Positions 11,294-20,289 of a stretch of DNA of 64,000 nucleotides are shown piece after piece. The position numbers and the translations under genes are program-made. Numbering within the stretch: the first letter of the stretch is position 1; each line of letters opens with the position of its first letter. This stretch comes from Chloroflexota bacterium (GTDB lineage Bacteria > Chloroflexota > UBA6077 > FW602-bin22 > JAMCVK01): positions 14,132 to 78,131 of the forward strand of contig JAMCVK010000021.1 in NCBI GenBank assembly GCA_023475225.1. The letters are read 5' to 3'. The notes below the pieces were generated by a model. The model saw only the letters and a list, made by a program, of their open reading frames with translations, was not told where the DNA came from and ran no database searches.

Positions 11294-12271
11294 TTGGCTG
11301 TCTTAGTGACGGGGGGTGCTGGTTATATCGGTAGTGTCGTCGTGGAAGAGCTGCTGAGGGATGGCCAGGAGGTGATCATCTGCGATAACCTATCTACCGG
11401 ACATCGCCAGGCCGTCCTGGAAGGAGCCATCTTCGTCCAGGCCGATCTATCTGATAGAACAGTGCTCACGGCCATCTTTCAGCATTACCCCATTGAGGCA
11501 GTCATCCACATGGCGGCGAGCAGCCTGGTGAGCGAATCAATGGTCGATCCAGCACCCTTTTTCTATAATAACCTCGTGAATGGCTGGAATCTACTCGAGA
11601 GCATGCGGGCCAATGGGGTGAAAAGGATCGTGTTCTCCTCAACAGCCGCCGTCTACGGGGAGCCCAAGAACATCCCCATCCGTGAGGATGACCCGCTGGA
11701 GCCAACCAACCCCTATGGGGAATCAAAACTCTCCCTGGAGCGGATGCTCCGCTGGTATGAACAGGCCTATGGCTTGCGCCATATCTCGCTGCGCTACTTC
11801 AACGCTGCGGGAGCTTCGGAGCAGCTAGGGGAAGACCATCGCCCGGAGACGCATCTCATCCCCGTCGTCTTGCAGACGGCCCTGGGACAACGCCTCTGGG
11901 TGGAGGTGTTCGGAACAGACTACGATACAGTAGATGGCACCTGTATCAGAGACTACATTCACGTGACTGATCTCGCCCTGGCCCACGTGCTGGCTTTGAA
12001 AGCGCTGGACGAGGGGCGCAGCGGCGTATATAACCTGGGCAATGGTGATGGCTTCTCTGTGTTGCAGGTCATCGAGACGGCGCGCCAGGTTACCGGGCGA
12101 GAGATACCGACCATCGTGAAGGGGCGCCGTCTGGGCGATCCAGCCATCCTGGTGGCCAGCTCGGAAAGGATCAGGTCCGAGTTAAACTGGCAGCCACGCT
12201 TCGCCGATCTAAAGACCATCATTCGCACGGCCTGGGAATGGCTCCAGAAGCACCCTGACGGCTACGTCTAG
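11294..12271 (+). CDS. galE: UDP-glucose 4-epimerase
   Basis: VLVTGGAGYIGS Rossmann motif, YGESK catalytic motif, RYFNAAGA. TTG at 11294 is preceded by GGAGGAGG. The upstream part of ORF 11144.. is repeat-derived. Confidence 0.9.
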   Translation: MAVLVTGGAGYIGSVVVEELLRDGQEVIICDNLSTGHRQAVLEGAIFVQADLSDRTVLTAIFQHYPIEAVIHMAASSLVSESMVDPAPFFYNNLVNGWNLLESMRANGVKRIVFSSTAAVYGEPKNIPIREDDPLEPTNPYGESKLSLERMLRWYEQAYGLRHISLRYFNAAGASEQLGEDHRPETHLIPVVLQTALGQRLWVEVFGTDYDTVDGTCIRDYIHVTDLALAHVLALKALDEGRSGVYNLGNGDGFSVLQVIETARQVTGREIPTIVKGRRLGDPAILVASSERIRSELNWQPRFADLKTIIRTAWEWLQKHPDGYV

Positions 12272-12304
12272 GGGACAATCCATATACAGGACGCTGTAAA
12301 GGAA

Positions 12305-12498
12305 GCGATGCCATCATGGCGCTCTTCAACGCCCCAATCCCTCAGCCTGAGCATCGGAGGGTGGCCCTGGAAGCAGCCATCGCCCTCCAGCAAAAGGCAG
12401 CTAGCCTGAATCTGCCCTTCGCCATTGGCATCGGCATCAACAGCGGCCTGGCCATAGTCGGCAATGTCGGCGGGGGAGAGGTGACAGATTACACAGCC
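12305..12498 (+). pseudogene. Internal fragment of a class III adenylate/guanylate cyclase domain (divergent copy of 15063-15259)
   Basis: Translates to AIMALFNAPIPQPEHRRVALEAAIALQ...GINSGLAIVGNVGGGEVTDYTA, paralogous to the intact cyclase at 14888-15448. It lacks both N- and C-terminal parts. Confidence 0.75.
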
Positions 12499-12797
12499 AG
12501 TTCCGCGGACAGGAACCACTCCACGGCTGCTCGACCATAGATGGGTTGAACGATCTGCTTGCCTTTTGGATACGGACTGGCAGCTTTGAACCCTACTTGC
12601 TCAAGCAGGTGGCGAACCTGAGCAAGTTCGCTCGGCGCCAACATCAGCCGGACTTCGTAACCCTTTTTATATTTTCTCCGGCCAAGCGCCTCGATGCGTT
12701 CCTTGTTTGCCACCCGTATGTAGCCCTTCCTTTGAAAGAACTGCTTCAACTGAACAGCTGGCTGTTCACTTGCGGCCGATTGGAGTAGATGATTCAT
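12489..12797 (-). CDS. Hypothetical protein (3' end runs into the cyclase-fragment junction)
   Basis: 102-aa ORF in an AT-richer cassette with no recognisable motif. Confidence 0.35.
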   Translation of the reverse strand: MNHLLQSAASEQPAVQLKQFFQRKGYIRVANKERIEALGRRKYKKGYEVRLMLAPSELAQVRHLLEQVGFKAASPYPKGKQIVQPIYGRAAVEWFLSAELAV

Positions 12798-13140
12798 GCT
12801 CTTCTCCTTTACCTTTGATCATTCATCTGTGGGGATCGGATTTGACCTCCAGGGCATACCTACGCCTGCTGGCGAGTGTCGCGGCTAACTAGTACTTAGA
12901 CTGTAATTTCGCTGTATAACACCCTAAATGGAGATGTTTTACACCAACTGTCATCTGAAAACATTATGAGGCAACCTATACCAGAAGTCAATCTACCTCC
13001 AGCCTCCTGACCACCCGTAACTGGCGATGATATACTTACTATTAGTAGAGATAATCAGGGGTCATACAAATGGTTATAGGACTGAAGAAAAGTGATGAGG
13101 AAATAAGCTGCTAGGTTGGAGCACTAAGGGGGTATTAGTC

Positions 13141-13380
13141 ATGAAAACTTTGAAGCTCAATTTTACAGTTCCTGAAGACGTAGCTGAGGCGTTGAAGGCT
13201 CGTGTCAGCAAACGCAAGCGCAGCGCCTTCGTCGCTGCGGCCGTTCTTGACAAGCTGCAGGAACTTGAACGGGAACAGCTCAGACAAGCTCTCATGGAGG
13301 GTTATCAGGCAAGGCGAGAAGAAAATACAGAGATTAACAGAGAATGGGAGGGAGCTACGCTGGAGGGATGGTCACGATGA
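13141..13380 (+). CDS. Ribbon-helix-helix (CopG-like) antitoxin
   Basis: MKTLKLNFTVPEDVAEALKARVSKRKRSAFVAAAV is a typical RHH N-terminus. It lies directly upstream of the PemK/MazF toxin gene. RBS AAGGGGG. Confidence 0.7.
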   Translation: MKTLKLNFTVPEDVAEALKARVSKRKRSAFVAAAVLDKLQELEREQLRQALMEGYQARREENTEINREWEGATLEGWSR

Positions 13381-13398
13381 CATGGGTTGGAGGTAACT

Positions 13399-13779
13399 AT
13401 GTCCCAGCGTGAGCCGAAGCCCATCCATGAGGCAGGTTTCCCCCGATATGGAGATATTTACGAGGTGAACCTTGACCCTGTTGTTGGGTCTGAAACTGGT
13501 AAGCATCGGCCGGCGCTAGTTGTTTCCAACGACATCAACAATGAATTCTCCCAGATCGTCACCGTCCTTCCTATTACCGGGCAGCCTGCCAAGAAACAGT
13601 ACCCTTTCGAAGTTCTCGTTCCCAAAGGCGTTGCGGGCCTCACCGTAGATTCTCAGATAAAGGCCAATCAGATTAGAACGGTGGATAAACGTCGCTTGGT
13701 CAGCTTCAGAGGCTCGCTGCCTTTACAATACCTTCCACAGGTAGAGAAGGCGCTGAAAATCCACCTGAATTTGAAATAG
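13399..13779 (+). CDS. mazF: Type II toxin, MazF/PemK family endoribonuclease
   Basis: YGDIYEVNLDPVVGSETGKHRPALVVSND...VTVLPITG...IKANQIRTVDKRRL matches MazF/PemK. ATG 13399 follows GGAGGT. Confidence 0.85.
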   Translation: MSQREPKPIHEAGFPRYGDIYEVNLDPVVGSETGKHRPALVVSNDINNEFSQIVTVLPITGQPAKKQYPFEVLVPKGVAGLTVDSQIKANQIRTVDKRRLVSFRGSLPLQYLPQVEKALKIHLNLK

Positions 13780-13814
13780 ATGGGGTTCACATCTGGACAG
13801 CGCTCAACCAGGAC

Positions 13815-14354
13815 GTGTTCAAATCTGAAAAGTTACTCAATGACTGGTTCTCCAAAGCGCTGGGCCCTGTCAACGGAATGATACATTTCTACCCTAGCGA
13901 GAGTCCCCCTGTGTCACAAGCCAGGTCAGCAGTCACAATAATGAAACAGCAATTCTCAAAGGCTACCCTGCCGGCCATTTATACGGGTGAAACCTTTGAG
14001 GCCAGGTTCGAAAGTAGTGGGGGACCAGGTGGTCGGGTAAGTATATCAGGACTGGAACCTGAGCCGAGCCAAGTCGTCAGCCAGTGGATTAAGCGTATAG
14101 TTGATAAAGGTAAGCAACTTCCTTCTGGTGAGGCAGAAGTTATTATTGGAAGCCCATTATTTCTCTGGGGCACTCGTGAGTGTGAAGCTGCAAACCAGGC
14201 TTTGGTAAACGCATTGACCAAGCAGCCTCATACACGAATCTCAGGCATAATCTTTCATGCCAAACATGTGGAAAACAGCAGCTTCTTAAAGCACGTCCCT
14301 GCCGTAGTGATAAACCCTAAGGCAACGGCCAGGTGTGATGAAGCACTCACTTAG
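13815..14354 (+). CDS. Hypothetical protein
   Basis: 179-aa ORF (GTG start) in the inserted cassette with no recognisable motif. It may be a truncated gene. Confidence 0.4.
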   Translation: MFKSEKLLNDWFSKALGPVNGMIHFYPSESPPVSQARSAVTIMKQQFSKATLPAIYTGETFEARFESSGGPGGRVSISGLEPEPSQVVSQWIKRIVDKGKQLPSGEAEVIIGSPLFLWGTRECEAANQALVNALTKQPHTRISGIIFHAKHVENSSFLKHVPAVVINPKATARCDEALT

Positions 14355-14380
14355 CTTGCTCACGCCCTTTTTCTGTACCC

Positions 14381-14457
14381 CGAGCTTCGCCGACCTGAAG
14401 ACAATCGTTGGCGCAGCCTGGAAACGGCTCCAAGGTCACTCTAACGGCTACGTCTAG
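14381..14457 (+). pseudogene. Remnant of a galE 3' end (divergent duplicate of 12195-12271)
   Basis: cgagcttcgccgacctgaagacaatcg...aacggctacgtctag aligns with the last ~25 codons plus stop of galE. The following gacaatccatatacaag also matches the sequence after the galE stop. Confidence 0.7.
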
Positions 14458-14506
14458 GTGACAATCCATATACAAGGTGCTATATTTAAGGGGGGAGGTG
14501 TGAAGG

Positions 14507-14728
14507 ATGCCCCAGTTCGTCTGTTGCGGTATAAATTTCGCCAGCGAGTCAACCTATATCGAGCACCGGCAAAAGGTCCATGGGGAGCAGCCCCAGGTAA
14601 AGTACACCTGCTGCGGGATAAGGTTTTACACCGCTGAGGGATATGGTGAGCATCGGCAGCAGGTGCATGGCGAGAGTGCGCCTAGCGCTCGAAAGGGTCT
14701 GCTTGCCAGGCTCTTCAAGAGATCGTAA
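14507..14728 (+). CDS. Small protein with two tandem CC-x12-H-x4-H (C2H2-like) zinc-finger repeats
   Basis: FVCCGINFASESTYIEHRQKVHGE and YTCCGIRFYTAEGYGEHRQQVHGE are repeated in tandem. A strong RBS GGGGGAGG lies upstream of the ATG. Confidence 0.6.
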   Translation: MPQFVCCGINFASESTYIEHRQKVHGEQPQVKYTCCGIRFYTAEGYGEHRQQVHGESAPSARKGLLARLFKRS

Positions 14729-14887
14729 ACTACCGAAAGGAGAAGGGTCATGAGGGCTGAAATCGTATACACGCGGTATTGTAAGGTGTGTCGCACCCCG
14801 ATCCGGGGTCTGCGGGCCCTCCCCTTCCGCCTGCGGGGGATAATGCCCTTCGCCAAAAATCCTAGTCTCTGCAATCGGTGAGGCAAG

Positions 14888-15448
14888 GTGCGCTTTCCTG
14901 CCGTGGAGCAGGAAATTACGGTCCTGTTCGCCGATGTCCGCGGTTTCACCTCCCTGGCTGAGCGGACACCTCTGGACCAATTACGGAAATCACTCAACGT
15001 TTTATTCGTCGCCGCCAGCGACCTTCTGATGCAACGAGATGCGCTGATAGACAAATTTCTGGGCGATGCCATTATGGCCCTCTTCAACGCTCCAATTCCT
15101 CAGTCCCAGCATCGGCAGGTGGCCCTTGAAGCAGCCATCGCCCTTCAGGAAGAGGTGGCGGGCTTGAATCTACCCTTTGCCATCGGGATCGGCATCAACA
15201 GTGGCCTAGCCATAGTCGGCAACGTCGGTGGGGGAGAGGTGACGGACTACACAGCCATCGGCGACACGGTGAACGTGGCGGCTCGTCTATCGGGCCTGGC
15301 CCAGAAGGGCGAGATCCTTGCTGGGGCCTCTACCTGTGAGGGACAGACCCATCTCCTCCCATCAGGGTATTCCTGTGAGCCGCTGAGCCTTCAAGTTAAG
15401 GGGAGAGAGGAGCCAGTAGCAGCCTATCGCCTCTATCCAGTCGGATGA
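14888..15448 (+). CDS. Class III adenylate/guanylate cyclase catalytic domain protein
   Basis: EITVLFADVRGFTSLAE, DKFLGDAIMALFNAP, GINSGLAIVGNVGG and TAIGDTVNVAARL motifs. An in-frame 43-codon CxxC mini-ORF (14750-14881) is separated from it only by TGA (see findings). Confidence 0.8.
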   Translation: MRFPAVEQEITVLFADVRGFTSLAERTPLDQLRKSLNVLFVAASDLLMQRDALIDKFLGDAIMALFNAPIPQSQHRQVALEAAIALQEEVAGLNLPFAIGIGINSGLAIVGNVGGGEVTDYTAIGDTVNVAARLSGLAQKGEILAGASTCEGQTHLLPSGYSCEPLSLQVKGREEPVAAYRLYPVG

Positions 15449-15483
15449 CTCAAACTGATCAAACGTAACCCGGAACGCTCCGA

Positions 15484-15500
15484 TGGTGGAGGCAAGGGGA
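15484..15500. repeat. Direct repeat of the tRNA-Ala 3' end (candidate distal att site)
   Basis: tggtggaggcaagggga versus tggtggaggcgagggga at 27012-27028. Same orientation, 16 of 17 identical. Confidence 0.6.
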
Positions 15501-15831
15501 CGATATTAAGAACCTTTAGCCTGGCCTTCGGTCTAACCACATAGCCTACACCCTTCGGATAACACGACTGCGATAGTAGAGAGCTTCTAGCGCAACAGTA
15601 TGTGCTATCTCAAGTCGACTCTAGGTATGGCTGAACAATCTGCTCTCCAGCCTCCTTGGGTTCGACTCCGGCTCGGCTCACCAAGTGAAAAGTTCTGTCT
15701 TTTATCCTGCGTGGTGATCCCTTGGAATGCCGTCTTGTCAGCGAGGGTAGACCACGACCTCTTCCGAAGTTACCGGTTGATGAACAGACGGCGAAGCTTA
15801 CAACCCTGCTAGACGAGTTCAAGCGCAACAC

Positions 15832-16854
15832 TTAGCCCTGCAACGATGGCGCTTCAGGTTGCGGAGGTGACGGCGGTGGCTGCTGAGGGAGTGGGACAGG
15901 TTGGGTTGGCGGTGGACCTTGGATAACAACCTGTTGAGCCAGCTTTATAAAGGCCCGCCCTTGATGGTTTTCTATTATCTTCGTAGCGGCAGTAGCCGAA
16001 AACGTATGCATGCAAGCGTGATAGGCAGTTAGCACCTTGTCTTGCAGGTTCTGGTCTGATTCGAGGAATTCTATCCTCATGCCCAATGATCTGAGATAAT
16101 TCCTATCAAGCGGCCGGCCATGAGTTCGAAGCTCTTCGTGGTCGCTGAGGGCGGAAGCGATTCGCTTTGCTCGCTCCTCCCGTTTGCGTGACCTTCGTAA
16201 CATCCATGTGGTGAGCCAGCTTGACACCAGTTCCCGAGACAACGCTATGGCATTTTCGCACTGTTCCAGAAGGGCTGGACCATACTGCTGCAGACTCGGC
16301 ACCCAGACAGCTAGGTTTGCCCTGTCCTCTGCGCACTCCCGCTTGGCACGGGCGAACTGATCCAGTATCGCTTGTGCAGGAACGGACTGAATACCCAGAG
16401 GAGTTGCAAGCTGAAATTGGGGGTCGATTGGACCCATGTAAGACTGGCGGCCCATGACAACTATATTGGCAGCACAGGCAAGCATCGTTGCGGCAGACAT
16501 CGCCTCATGAGGGACAAATACACGGATGTCCCGGAATTTGCTCCGCAAGTACTTTACGATAGCTTCGGTGGCCTCTGCGCGTCCACCAGGACTGTGCAGC
16601 ACGATGTCCAATTTTCGTCCTTGCAGACCGTAGAACACCTCCATGAAGCCTTCGATATCCTCATTGGTAATACTGAGAAGTTCAGGAGGCACCCTGGGCT
16701 TTTGGAGATGCCCGCTTGCGTATAGCACCACATTGCGCCCTGTATAACTAGCCAGGTCTGCCAGGGCCTCACGCCGTATTACATCGAGGGCATCCCTTCG
16801 TCCTTGTGCTTGGAGTTCCTGCAGCCTTCTTAGCAATTCCCCCCAGGTTGGCAT
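15832..16854 (-). CDS. SDH-family Clp-fold serine proteinase (SppA/ClpP-like) with Pro-rich C-terminal tail
   Basis: LDIVLHSPGGRAEATEAIVKYLR...VFVPHEAMSAATMLACAANIVVMGRQSYMGPIDPQ matches the serine dehydrogenase proteinase family. The tail is PPPTQPVPLPQQPPPSPPQPEAP. Confidence 0.75.
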   Translation of the reverse strand: MPTWGELLRRLQELQAQGRRDALDVIRREALADLASYTGRNVVLYASGHLQKPRVPPELLSITNEDIEGFMEVFYGLQGRKLDIVLHSPGGRAEATEAIVKYLRSKFRDIRVFVPHEAMSAATMLACAANIVVMGRQSYMGPIDPQFQLATPLGIQSVPAQAILDQFARAKRECAEDRANLAVWVPSLQQYGPALLEQCENAIALSRELVSSWLTTWMLRRSRKREERAKRIASALSDHEELRTHGRPLDRNYLRSLGMRIEFLESDQNLQDKVLTAYHACMHTFSATAATKIIENHQGRAFIKLAQQVVIQGPPPTQPVPLPQQPPPSPPQPEAPSLQG

Positions 16855-16869
16855 CCGCTACGCCCTTCT

Positions 16870-17082
16870 CTATTGGAGGTCAGACCGGTTGGAAGTCGTA
16901 ATAAGCGGCTCTTGCCGAGTCGCTTCCACATATTGCTGTACCTCGCGGATCATCTCCTCGTAGCCACCATAGACCTTGAGCAGGTCAGTGATGCCGGGGA
17001 ATTGCTGCTCTGCGCTTCTGAGCAAGCCCTTCACCTCAGATTCGGTGCCCCTGCGTGGCTTCCTATTTTGCAATGTCTCCAT
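16870..17082 (-). CDS. Small hypothetical protein, upstream partner of the Clp-fold protease
   Basis: 70-aa ORF with RBS GGGGGAGG, 15 nt upstream of the protease gene. No recognisable motif. Confidence 0.45.
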   Translation of the reverse strand: METLQNRKPRRGTESEVKGLLRSAEQQFPGITDLLKVYGGYEEMIREVQQYVEATRQEPLITTSNRSDLQ

Positions 17083-17155
17083 TGGCCTCCCCCGATCTCG
17101 TTCTTTGTTTAGGATATCTCCTCCTGTGCACAGCAGGTTACAAATTCCATAATAA

Positions 17156-17184
17156 AGTATAAACGTTGCTCTTTATTTCGGCAA
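17156..17184 (-). promoter_or_regulatory. Candidate sigma70-type promoter for the small ORF + protease pair
   Basis: The minus strand reads TTGCCG-17 nt-TATACT, about 74 nt upstream of ATG 17082. A 10-bp palindrome ctgtgcacag (17124-17133) lies between the promoter and the RBS. Confidence 0.4.
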
Positions 17185-17220
17185 CTGTGGCATGGCAGCC
17201 ATTGGACAGCTACCCCTTTC

Positions 17221-20200
17221 TTAGCCAGCCCAATCTTTGCATAACAATTCAGCTTGCTCCAGTACTGTCAGGGTGGCTTTTTCATGTTTATCTGGCGGGT
17301 AGCCGTACCGGCGAAGGAGTCGCTTGACCGCTATTCGCAACCTGGCGCGGACGCTCTCTCTGATCGTCCAGTCGATAGTGACATTGCGCCGAACCGTTTC
17401 TACGAGTTCACGTGCTATCGTCCTAAGCGTTTCGTCACCCAACACCTTCACCGCGCTATCGTTCACCTCGAGGGCGTCGTAGAACGCCTCCTCTTCTTCG
17501 CTTAGTCCCAGCTTTTCGCCCAGCGCTTTGGCATCGCGCATTTGCTTAGCCAGTTCGATGAGTTCTAGGATCACCTGGGCAGCCTCGATGGTACGATTCT
17601 GATATCTACGAATGGTGGTTTCAAGCATCTCGGCAAACGAACGGGACTGGACCAGGTTCTTTCTGGCTCGTGCCTTGATTTCGTCATTAAGGAGCTTCTG
17701 CAGCAACTCGAGGGCAAGATTACGATGTGGCATACCCTGCAGCTCTGTAAGGAACTCGTCAGACAGGATTGAGATATCCGGTTTCTTGAGACTGGCAGCG
17801 CTGAATATGTCGACTACCTCGTCAGAAGATACCGCTCTGGATACGATTTGACGAACAGCCGAATCCAACTCCTCTTCAGCTTTTCCTGGTAGCTGGGTGT
17901 TCTTGGCTATGGCCGCTCGTACCGTCTGGAAAAAGTCAACATCGTCCTTGATCTTAAGCGCTTCCCCATGAGGGACGGAGAGGGCGAAAGCCTTCGATAG
18001 CTCCGTTACGGCTTGCAGTAGCCGCACTTTTCCATCCTTCTGGCTCAAGATATGCTCCATAGCCGCAGGAATGATCGCCAGGCGCTCAGCTGGGGCACCG
18101 GTGATGAACTTAGAATAATCAAAGCCATGAAACATGCCACAGACGATCTCATACTTTTCGAGCATTATCGCCACCGCATCTTCCTGGGGGATTCCCGTGT
18201 CGCGGCGGGAGCCTTCCGTGTAGTCCATAAGGGCCTTTTTTAGCTCGTCGGCGATGCCCAGGTAATCAACCACCAGGCCTCCGGGCTTATCACGAAAGAC
18301 CCGATTTACACGGGCTATGGCCTGCATCAGGCCGTGGCCACGCATGGGCTTATCAATGTACATAGTGTGCAGGCAGGGCGCATCGAAGCCAGTGAGCCAC
18401 ATATCCCGAACGATGACTAGTTTCAATGAGCCTGCAGGGTCTTTCATCCGCTTCTTGATGAACTCCCGGCGTTCTTTGTTACGGATGTGAGGCTGAAAAT
18501 TCTGCGGGTCGCTTGCGGAGCCGGTCATGACTACCTTAATCACACCCTTATCGTCGTCTGGATGGTGCCAAGAGGGGCGAAGTTTGGTGATGGCGTCATA
18601 AAGGTCCACGCAGATATGCCGGCTCATGCACACTATCATCCCTTTGCCGTCTATAGCCTCCAGGCGTTGCTCGAAGTGCTCCACGATGTCCTTGGCCACA
18701 AGCCCTATCCGTTTCTCGGTCCCTACCATCGACTCAAGGCGGGCCCACTTGGTCTTAAGCCTCTCCCTGACAGTTTCCTCCTCACCTTCAGTAACCTCCT
18801 CGAAGTCAGGGTCTATGTGTGGCCTTTCCTCCTCCTTTAGTTCGAGCTTCGCCAGCCGCCCCTCATAGAAGATACGGACAGTAGCACCATCCTCCACTGC
18901 TCGCTGAATGTCGTAGATACTGATGTAGTCCCCGAATACCGCCGGGGTGCTTCTGTCGTCTTTTTCGATGGGGGTGCCAGTGAACCCTATGAACGAAGCA
19001 TTGGGGAGGGCATCTCGCATGTGGCGGGCGAAGCCATCGATGAAATCATACTGGCTGCGATGAGCTTCATCAGCAATGACGACGATATTGCGGCGGTCCG
19101 ACAGCAGCGGGAACCTCCCCCCACCCTCTGGGAGGAACTTCTGGATAGTGGTGAATACGATACCCCCAGAGGCTACCTTGAGGAGGTCTCTCAAATGCTC
19201 TCGGCTCTCGGCTTGCACAGGCTGCTGCCTGAGCAGATCATGGGCCAAGGCGAAGTTGCCAAAGAGCTGCTGGTCGAGGTCATTCCTGTCAGTCAATAAG
19301 ACCAGGGTAGGGTTCTCCATAGCCGGATGAAGGACGATCTTTCCGGCGTAGAACACCATCGTAAGGCTCTTGCCCGCACCCTGGGTATGCCATACCACGC
19401 CTACTCGCTTATCCCCCTTGGGCGATGTCGCCCCCACCGTGGCTGCTACTGCTGCATTGACGGCGTGATATTGATGATAGGCTGCTACCTTCTTGGCTAT
19501 CCTGGAGCCGTCTACCTCGAAAAGAATGAAGTGGCGCACCAGGTCAAGGAAGCGGCTCTTCTCGAACATGCCGTTGAGGAGCACCTCCAGCTCTGAGACA
19601 CCCTTCGGAGCAGCCGTGGCTCCGTCGCTGGTGCGCCAGGGGAGGAACCACTCCCAGCCCGCCGTCAGCGTTCCCACTCGGGCCTCGGTGCCATCGCTGA
19701 TGACCAGCAACTCGTTATAGGGGAAAAGAGACGGGATGTCCGTCTTGTAGGTCTGAAACTGGTTGAACGCAGCCTTAATGGTGGCGTTCTCGTCGACCGG
19801 ATTCTTCAGCTCTATCACTGCAAGGGGGAGACCATTGACAAAAACTACCAGGTCGGAGCGGCGGTTATGCTGCCCTTCGATAACGGTGAACTGATTGACC
19901 ACCAGCCAGTCGTTCCGGTCTGGGTTGGCAAAATCCACCAGCCAGACCTTGTCGCCCACGATGCGCCCCTCTTCGTTGCGATACTCCACATCCACGCCCT
20001 CAGTCAGCATCTTGTGGAACTGACGGTTGTTGACCATGAGGCTGGGGCTATCAGGGCGGGTGACCTTTCTGAAGGCGTCTTCCAGAGCCTCGGTAGGAAT
20101 ATCCGGGTTCAACGAGGCCAGGGCAGAGCGCAGCCTTTCTACCAGCACTACTTCCGAGTAGTTTCTGCGCTCGGGATGTGGGCCGTCGCAGGCAATGTCC

Positions 20201-20289
20201 GGCCCAGGCAAATGCTGATAGCCGAGACCCTTGAGCCAGTCAATGGTGGCTTCTTCTACTACGGACTCAGTGAGGACGTGCTGGATCAT
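17221..20289 (-). CDS. hsdR: Type I restriction enzyme, R subunit
   Basis: 1022 aa. N-terminal nuclease region ([15 protein letters not shown]), helicase motifs GAGKS and ADEAHRSQ, plus TGTPI and the C-terminal HsdR domain. Confidence 0.95.
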   Translation of the reverse strand: MIQHVLTESVVEEATIDWLKGLGYQHLPGPDIACDGPHPERRNYSEVVLVERLRSALASLNPDIPTEALEDAFRKVTRPDSPSLMVNNRQFHKMLTEGVDVEYRNEEGRIVGDKVWLVDFANPDRNDWLVVNQFTVIEGQHNRRSDLVVFVNGLPLAVIELKNPVDENATIKAAFNQFQTYKTDIPSLFPYNELLVISDGTEARVGTLTAGWEWFLPWRTSDGATAAPKGVSELEVLLNGMFEKSRFLDLVRHFILFEVDGSRIAKKVAAYHQYHAVNAAVAATVGATSPKGDKRVGVVWHTQGAGKSLTMVFYAGKIVLHPAMENPTLVLLTDRNDLDQQLFGNFALAHDLLRQQPVQAESREHLRDLLKVASGGIVFTTIQKFLPEGGGRFPLLSDRRNIVVIADEAHRSQYDFIDGFARHMRDALPNASFIGFTGTPIEKDDRSTPAVFGDYISIYDIQRAVEDGATVRIFYEGRLAKLELKEEERPHIDPDFEEVTEGEEETVRERLKTKWARLESMVGTEKRIGLVAKDIVEHFEQRLEAIDGKGMIVCMSRHICVDLYDAITKLRPSWHHPDDDKGVIKVVMTGSASDPQNFQPHIRNKERREFIKKRMKDPAGSLKLVIVRDMWLTGFDAPCLHTMYIDKPMRGHGLMQAIARVNRVFRDKPGGLVVDYLGIADELKKALMDYTEGSRRDTGIPQEDAVAIMLEKYEIVCGMFHGFDYSKFITGAPAERLAIIPAAMEHILSQKDGKVRLLQAVTELSKAFALSVPHGEALKIKDDVDFFQTVRAAIAKNTQLPGKAEEELDSAVRQIVSRAVSSDEVVDIFSAASLKKPDISILSDEFLTELQGMPHRNLALELLQKLLNDEIKARARKNLVQSRSFAEMLETTIRRYQNRTIEAAQVILELIELAKQMRDAKALGEKLGLSEEEEAFYDALEVNDSAVKVLGDETLRTIARELVETVRRNVTIDWTIRESVRARLRIAVKRLLRRYGYPPDKHEKATLTVLEQAELLCKDWAG

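Noticed and set aside
15655-15683. tRNA-like 3' end (ttgggttcgactccggctcggctcacca) near the left end of the island.
   Set aside because: Only a T-loop-like TTCGACT plus an ACCA-like tail are present. The T-stem pairs at only 2-3 positions and no complementary 5' acceptor strand (gagccga) exists upstream, so no cloverleaf can be drawn. It may be a decayed att remnant of another integration event, but that cannot be supported from this window.
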